Origin: Sinorhizobium meliloti
GTDB taxonomy: Bacteria; Pseudomonadota; Alphaproteobacteria; Rhizobiales; Rhizobiaceae
NCBI RefSeq assembly: GCF_017876815.1
Contig: NZ_JAGIOS010000001.1
Location: 2,370,001-2,402,000, forward strand
Direction: 5' to 3'
Length of the DNA: 32,000 nucleotides
This document shows, piece by piece, positions 26,783 to 32,000 of this stretch. Under the pieces are notes generated by a model, which saw only the letters and a list, made by a program, of their open reading frames with translations, made no database searches and was not told the origin of the DNA. The position numbers and the translations under genes are program-made. Position 1 is the first letter of the stretch. Every line of letters starts with the position of its first letter.

Positions 26783-28462
26783 GTGGGAGAGGTAAAGTCC
26801 GACATCGAGATCGCGCGCGCCGCGCGCAAGCAGCCGATCATGGAGGTCGGCGCGAAGCTCGGCATTCCGCCGGAGCATCTGCTTCCCTACGGCCATGACA
26901 AGGCCAAGGTCAGCGCCGAATTCATCGCGGCGCAAAACGAGAAAAGGAACGGCCGGCTCATTCTGGTGACGGCGATCAACCCGACGCCGGCGGGCGAGGG
27001 CAAGACGACGACGACCGTCGGCCTCGGCGACGGCTTGAACCGCATCGGCAAGAAGGCGATCGTCTGCATCCGCGAGGCGTCGCTCGGTCCCTGCTTCGGT
27101 ATCAAGGGCGGGGCGGCGGGCGGCGGTTACGCCCAGGTTGTGCCGATGGAGGACATCAATCTCCATTTCACCGGCGATTTCCATGCGATCACGTCGGCGC
27201 ATAATCTGCTCTCCGCCTTGATCGACAACCATATCTATTGGGGCAACGAGCAGGCGATCGACATTCGCCGCATCGCCTGGCGGCGGGTCATGGACATGAA
27301 CGACCGGGCGCTTCGCCAGATCGTCGGCTCCCTCGGCGGCGTCGCCAACGGCTATCCAAGAGAGACCGGCTTCGACATCACCGTCGCCTCGGAAGTCATG
27401 GCGATCCTGTGCCTGGCTATGGACATCAAGGATCTCGAAAAGCGGCTCGGCAACATCATTATCGGGTACCGTCGTGACAAGAGCCCGGTCTTCGCCCGGG
27501 ACATCAAGGCGGATGGGGCAATGGCGGTACTGCTCAAGGACGCGATGCAGCCGAACCTGGTGCAGACGCTCGAGAACAACCCCGCCTTCGTCCATGGCGG
27601 CCCCTTCGCCAATATCGCGCATGGCTGCAATTCGGTCGTGGCCACCACGACGGCGTTGAAGCTTGCCGACTATGTGGTAACCGAGGCCGGCTTCGGTGCC
27701 GATCTCGGCGCCGAGAAATTCTTCGACATCAAGTGCCGCAAGGCAGGGCTCACGCCCGATGCCGCCGTAATCGTCGCGACTGTCCGCGCGATCAAGATGA
27801 ACGGCGGAGTGAAGAGGGAAGACCTCGGGAGAGAGAGCGTCGAGGCGGTCAGGAAGGGGTGCGCCAATCTCGGCCGCCACATCCAGAACGTCAAGAAGTT
27901 CGGCGTACCGGTGCTCGTCGCGATCAACCATTTCACCTCCGATACCGAGGCCGAGGTCCGGGCGATCAAGGATTATGTCAGAACGCTCGGTTCCGAAGCG
28001 GTTCTCTGCAAGCACTGGGCCGAGGGTTCGGCGGGCATCGAGGAGCTCGCTTACAAGGTCGTGGACCTCGCCAATGCCGGCCATTCGCAATTTTCGCCGC
28101 TCTACCCCGACGAGATGCCGCTCTTCCAGAAGATCGAGACGATCGCAAAGGACATCTATCACGCAAGCGAGGTGATTGCCGACAAGCTGGTGCGCGAACA
28201 ACTCCGGACCTGGGAAGACCAGGGCTATGGCGATCTGCCGATCTGCATGGCGAAGACCCAATATTCCTTCTCCACCGACCCGAACCTGCGCGGAGCACCG
28301 ACGGGCCACGCCGTGCCGATACGCGAGGTTCGGCTGGCCGCCGGGGCCGGCTTCATCGTCGTGATAACCGGCGAGATCATGACGATGCCCGGCCTGCCGA
28401 AGGTGCCTTCTTCGGAGCGGATCCGGCTGAACGAGCAGGGGTACATTGAAGGGTTGTTCTGA
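26783..28462 (+). CDS. fhs: Formate--tetrahydrofolate ligase
   Basis: [11 protein letters not shown]...[16 protein letters not shown]-loop, full-length Fhs architecture. GTG 26783 ([10 protein letters not shown]) follows GGGGGAAG. The upstream in-frame ATG 26756 is an alternative start. Confidence 0.92.
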   Translation: MGEVKSDIEIARAARKQPIMEVGAKLGIPPEHLLPYGHDKAKVSAEFIAAQNEKRNGRLILVTAINPTPAGEGKTTTTVGLGDGLNRIGKKAIVCIREASLGPCFGIKGGAAGGGYAQVVPMEDINLHFTGDFHAITSAHNLLSALIDNHIYWGNEQAIDIRRIAWRRVMDMNDRALRQIVGSLGGVANGYPRETGFDITVASEVMAILCLAMDIKDLEKRLGNIIIGYRRDKSPVFARDIKADGAMAVLLKDAMQPNLVQTLENNPAFVHGGPFANIAHGCNSVVATTTALKLADYVVTEAGFGADLGAEKFFDIKCRKAGLTPDAAVIVATVRAIKMNGGVKREDLGRESVEAVRKGCANLGRHIQNVKKFGVPVLVAINHFTSDTEAEVRAIKDYVRTLGSEAVLCKHWAEGSAGIEELAYKVVDLANAGHSQFSPLYPDEMPLFQKIETIAKDIYHASEVIADKLVREQLRTWEDQGYGDLPICMAKTQYSFSTDPNLRGAPTGHAVPIREVRLAAGAGFIVVITGEIMTMPGLPKVPSSERIRLNEQGYIEGLF

Positions 28463-28480
28463 GGTGATTAGAGCTGGGCT

Positions 28481-28538
28481 GCCCCTCACCCAGGCTGCCC
28501 CTCACCCTAGCCCTCTCCCCGCAGGCGGGGAGAGGGGA
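28481..28538. repeat. REP-like palindromic unit with a partial arm duplication, just after the fhs stop
   Basis: GCCCCTCACCC (partial), then GCCCCTCACCCTAGCCCTCTCCCCGCAGGCGGGGAGAGGGGA (28497-28538). Confidence 0.85.
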
Positions 28539-28559
28539 CGAAGGAGGCGCCGCTTGTGT

Positions 28560-28611
28560 CCTTCTCCCCATGAAAACGGGGAGAAGATGGCCGGCAGGCC
28601 GGATGAGGGGC
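28560..28611. repeat. Second REP family: hairpin plus conserved tail
   Basis: CTTCTCCCC-atgaaaac-GGGGAGAAG followed by ATGGCCGGCAGGCCGGATGAGGGG. I recall this sequence type as a common rhizobial intergenic repeat, but there is only one copy in this window. Confidence 0.55.
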
Positions 28612-28622
28612 GGCCGTACCCC

Positions 28623-29456
28623 TCAACGGCAATAGCGGTACCCGTTTTTCCGCTCGATGACATCCAGATGCAAGTGGTCTTCATGCGCCGCATCGCTCCC
28701 CGGATCGAGCACGGTCGTGAAATAAAGGCAGGCCGACGCCGTGACCGCCCGCTGGAATGCGCCGGTAAGGGTTCCGTCCTCGTCGCGGGGCTGGATCTCG
28801 ACGGTCTTGCCGTCGCTGAGAGTGAACGAGGCGATATCGACCGCGTTGCCGCGCGCATGTTCGGAGATCTTGCCGGCGTCTGCATTGTTCCTCAGGCGGC
28901 AGACATAGGTCGAGGCCTGGTTCAAGGCGGTAATGCGGGTCTCGGGGCTGAAGGCGCTGCTCGTGGCCGGGGCCGCCGTCTCCTTGGTCCAGCGGGCCAG
29001 CGCCAGCGCGGCTTCGCAGCGCATCACTCCCTCGGGCTTCAGGGTCACGCCCGGCAGGATCGCGCGGACCTCAATCGGCTTGTCGATGCCGCACCCCTTG
29101 CCGTCGTCGATGCGGTCTACTTCGGAAAAGCTGCTCCCGAGCGATTTGAGTTCGGAGAGACAGGACGCATATTCCTGCGGGTTTTCCTTTTCGATCACCA
29201 GGACCGGCACGGCGTCGAGGGCGTCGTCCTTCCAGCCCGGGGGTAGATCCCTGTCGGCGCGAGCATCATTCCCCGCCCTACCATTGGACTTTTCCTCTGC
29301 ATCGGCACCATTCGCCCGCGGCGTGGCGGGCTTGGGCGTCGGCGTCGGCCGATCATCGCCGCTCGAGGGTCGCGCCAAAGGCATCGGACCCCGTTCGGGC
29401 AGCGTTGCTCCCGAAACGAGAAACGCGACGATCAAAATTATCCCGGCGTGGCGCAT
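28623..29456 (-). CDS. Extensin-like C-terminal domain protein (secreted/periplasmic)
   Basis: ATG at 29456 (MRHAGIILIVAFLVSGA signal peptide) with RBS GGAGAGG. Pro-rich linker. C-terminal GNAVDIASF...HEDHLHLDV motifs are typical of the extensin-like family. Confidence 0.75.
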   Translation of the reverse strand: MRHAGIILIVAFLVSGATLPERGPMPLARPSSGDDRPTPTPKPATPRANGADAEEKSNGRAGNDARADRDLPPGWKDDALDAVPVLVIEKENPQEYASCLSELKSLGSSFSEVDRIDDGKGCGIDKPIEVRAILPGVTLKPEGVMRCEAALALARWTKETAAPATSSAFSPETRITALNQASTYVCRLRNNADAGKISEHARGNAVDIASFTLSDGKTVEIQPRDEDGTLTGAFQRAVTASACLYFTTVLDPGSDAAHEDHLHLDVIERKNGYRYCR

Positions 29457-29593
29457 GCAGGTCCTCTCCATCTCTCTGCGGCCCCAGTCGGCGAAACGCA
29501 CGAAGGAACGATCCTGTTTCAAATTGTGCTGAAACTGAGGACGAGGGCGGTTCGCAGGCGATGGAGATGGAGATCGGACCCCTAGATTTATAT

Positions 29594-29608
29594 TGACAAT
29601 CACACTCA
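29594..29608 (+). promoter_or_regulatory. Candidate RirA-type iron-responsive operator (IRO-like TGA-N9-TCA)
   Basis: TGAcaatcacacTCA in an AT-rich patch, about 125 nt upstream of the TonB-dependent receptor ATG. Motif match only. Confidence 0.35.
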
Positions 29609-29732
29609 TGTTTTCTTATGTGACGAAAATAAGGCGCAAATAGATCGCCTTGCCCAATTCCGCACTGCCCAGCCAGCCCTTGAGTTCGCCGCTCAACAGC
29701 AAGCCCGGCCAACACTTTCAAAGGACTGGTCC

Positions 29733-31964
29733 ATGCTCAACCGGCATCATCGCCTGGCGCTTTTGGCTTGCACGGCAGCAATATTCGCGCTCCCGATCCC
29801 CCCGGTTCTGGCGCAGAGCGCGCCAACCGAAACGGCGGCGGAAGGAAATGCCAACACGACCGTGCTGAAGAAGATCGTCGCGAAAGGCGACCGCCTGGCA
29901 GGTGCGCAGCGTGGCGGCATCGCGGATACGCCGCTTGCGACCGAGATCGACGCAAAGACCCTGGAGGAGAAGCAGGTCACGGATCTCGACGATCTCGGCC
30001 GCAGCGTCGACGCAGGGATAAATGCATCGCGTGCCGACTTCGGTATCAATCTTCGCGGTCTTTCCGGTCCTCGTATCGTGACCACGATCGACGGCGTTCC
30101 GATCCCCTATATCTCGAACAGCGCCCGTCAGGGTGCCTTTGCCTCGATCAATGCGAACGGCGGCGGGGACATGTTCGATTTCAATTCGCTCTCCGTGGTC
30201 GACATAGTGCGCGGGGCGGATTCGAGCCGTGGCGGTTCCGGCATGCTCGGGGGCGCCGTGGTGCTGCGCACGCTCGAGCCCGAGGATGTCATATCCGACG
30301 GAAAGGATTGGGGCGCGATCTTCAGGTCCATCTATGACAGCGAAGACGACAGCATTGCGGGCTCGGTTGCTGGAGCCCACAGATTCGGCCAGACCTCCGT
30401 TCTCTTTCAGGGCAGCTACCGCAAGGGGAATGAACGGGATAACGAGGGGACGGTCGGTGGCTACGGATCCGCCCGCACGGAGCCCAACCCTACCGATTTC
30501 GACCAGAACAACTTGCTCTTCAAGTTTCGGCATGAACTCGAAGGCGGTCACAGAATCGGCCTGACGGCGGAAAGCTTCCGCCGCGACGCCGACAATGATC
30601 TCAGAGCGGAACAGGGGCGCCGGTACAAGATCGGCGACTATACCGGTTTTGAAGACCGCGACCGCAAGCGCGTCTCGCTGGACTATGATTTCGAGGCCGC
30701 CTCGTCGGACGACTTCTTCAGCTTCGCCAGGGCATCGCTCTACTGGCAGGATCTGGAACGCTCCTCCGGCTCGAATGGCCGGACGATCGCCGATGTGCCC
30801 TACGGGCGCGACAATTCGATCAGCAACGAGAGCGTGGGTTTCAACGGACGCGCAGGCAAGGATTTCGAAACCGGCGGTTTCGATCATTCGCTAACCTTCG
30901 GCCTCGATGTCGCCCGTTCCGAGTGGAGCCAGTATACCTCGGCGGTTTGCCCGACGCCGGCGACATGCCCGGCGCTCAACAACCAGTCCGAAGTCCCCGA
31001 CGTGAGGAGCATGACGGTCGGCGCCATATTGGAAGACCGCATTTCGGTCGGCGACAGCGCGTTTGCGCTCACGCCGGGGTTGCGCTTCGACTGGTTCCAA
31101 TATGACCCTCAGCTCAATGCAGGCTTCGAGTCGAATACAGGATCGGGAATCTTCGGGGATCTGAAGGCCAGGGATGGGGTTCGCCTGTCGCCGAAGCTCC
31201 TCGCGACCTATGACGTTACGCCGGATGTCGAGCTGTTCGCACAATGGTCGATGGCCTTCCGGGCGCCGACCGTGGACGAGCTTTATAGCCGCTTCTACAA
31301 CCCGTTCGGAAACTATGCCCAGCTCGGCAATCCGGATCTCAAGCCGGAAACCGGCAAAGGATTCGAGATCGGTGCCAATTTCGACACCGGTGAGCTGAGC
31401 GGCCGGGTCGCGGCGTTCCACAATATCTATGACAATTTCATTGAAACCGGCGATTCCATCAACAGCGACACCGGGATCAGGGAATTCAAATATGCCAACG
31501 TCAACAAGGCCCGAATCTCGGGTATCGAGTTGAGTGCGTTGAAAACCTTCGACAACGGCTTCAACCTCCATGCGTCGCTTGCCTACTCCTATGGCAAGAA
31601 CGAGGACGAGGGCACGCGGCTGCGGACGGTCGCGCCATTCAAGGCGATCATCGGCGGCGGCTACAGCCAGGAAACCTTCGGTGTCGATGTCTCGACGACG
31701 GTCTCGGCAGCCATGCCGGACGATAACGACAGCGAAACCTTCGATGCCCCCGGCTACGGTCTCGTGGATATGACCGGGTGGTGGACGCCCGAAAGCTTCA
31801 AGGGATTGAGGGTAGAGGCCGGGGTCTATAACATCTTCGACAAGAAGTATTTCAACGCGCTCGGCGTACGTGGCGTCGACCTCGCCTCATCGTCCGCTCA
31901 GCCGCGCGACTTCTATTCCGAACCGGGACGCACGTTCAAAGTCTCGTTGACGCAACGCTTCTGA
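29733..31964 (+). CDS. TonB-dependent outer-membrane receptor, heme/hemoglobin-receptor-like (ShmR-like)
   Basis: Signal peptide MLNRHHRLALLACTAAIFALPIPPVLAQS, followed by plug and barrel. FRAP (WSMAFRAPTVDELY) and an NPNL-like GNPDLKPE motif. The terminal residue is F (TQRF). Confidence 0.85.
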   Translation: MLNRHHRLALLACTAAIFALPIPPVLAQSAPTETAAEGNANTTVLKKIVAKGDRLAGAQRGGIADTPLATEIDAKTLEEKQVTDLDDLGRSVDAGINASRADFGINLRGLSGPRIVTTIDGVPIPYISNSARQGAFASINANGGGDMFDFNSLSVVDIVRGADSSRGGSGMLGGAVVLRTLEPEDVISDGKDWGAIFRSIYDSEDDSIAGSVAGAHRFGQTSVLFQGSYRKGNERDNEGTVGGYGSARTEPNPTDFDQNNLLFKFRHELEGGHRIGLTAESFRRDADNDLRAEQGRRYKIGDYTGFEDRDRKRVSLDYDFEAASSDDFFSFARASLYWQDLERSSGSNGRTIADVPYGRDNSISNESVGFNGRAGKDFETGGFDHSLTFGLDVARSEWSQYTSAVCPTPATCPALNNQSEVPDVRSMTVGAILEDRISVGDSAFALTPGLRFDWFQYDPQLNAGFESNTGSGIFGDLKARDGVRLSPKLLATYDVTPDVELFAQWSMAFRAPTVDELYSRFYNPFGNYAQLGNPDLKPETGKGFEIGANFDTGELSGRVAAFHNIYDNFIETGDSINSDTGIREFKYANVNKARISGIELSALKTFDNGFNLHASLAYSYGKNEDEGTRLRTVAPFKAIIGGGYSQETFGVDVSTTVSAAMPDDNDSETFDAPGYGLVDMTGWWTPESFKGLRVEAGVYNIFDKKYFNALGVRGVDLASSSAQPRDFYSEPGRTFKVSLTQRF

Positions 31965-32000
31965 TCATTCAGCAAGTTCCGACGGTCTAAAGGCGGCTCG

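Noticed and set aside
25778-28489. 903-aa ORF on the minus strand opposite gene E and fhs
   Set aside because: It is antisense to an unmistakable formate-tetrahydrofolate ligase, and its composition is typical of spurious GC-rich frames.
3537-28538. Possibility that the recurring 42-nt GC-rich units form a CRISPR array
   Set aside because: The units are internally palindromic, occur in both orientations, and are scattered kilobases apart in intergenic gaps. There are no regular spacers and no cas genes.

Overview
High-GC (~60%+) alphaproteobacterial chromosome. It looks like Sinorhizobium/Ensifer, judged from memory on choXWV-like and NolR-like protein sequences and rhizobial intergenic palindromes; I ran no search. 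Gene order: the tail of a peptide-type ABC importer (2 permeases, 2 ATPases), kdgK, and a GH13 alpha-glucosidase. Next is a 4.4-kb segment (adenine deaminase, class-III aminotransferase, P-loop kinase-like protein, NolR-like ArsR regulator) bracketed by two apparently identical, inverted IS630-family copies. Then come a HugZ-like gene, choVWX (minus strand), and tdk. After tdk lies a same-strand five-gene module of unknown function: coiled-coil protein, unknown, classical AAA+ ATPase, unknown, and a two-TM membrane protein. Its middle is split by about 2 kb of selfish DNA: a perfect palindrome, a DUF559 gene, and a REP-like composite element carrying an IS4/IS5-superfamily insertion. The window ends with fhs, an extensin-like gene, and a TonB-dependent (heme-type) receptor preceded by a TGA-N9-TCA motif. 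The five-gene AAA+ module (17916-26692) is the best candidate for an undescribed system. No tRNA, rRNA or CRISPR array was seen. Several very long antisense ORFs are treated as GC-rich artefacts.
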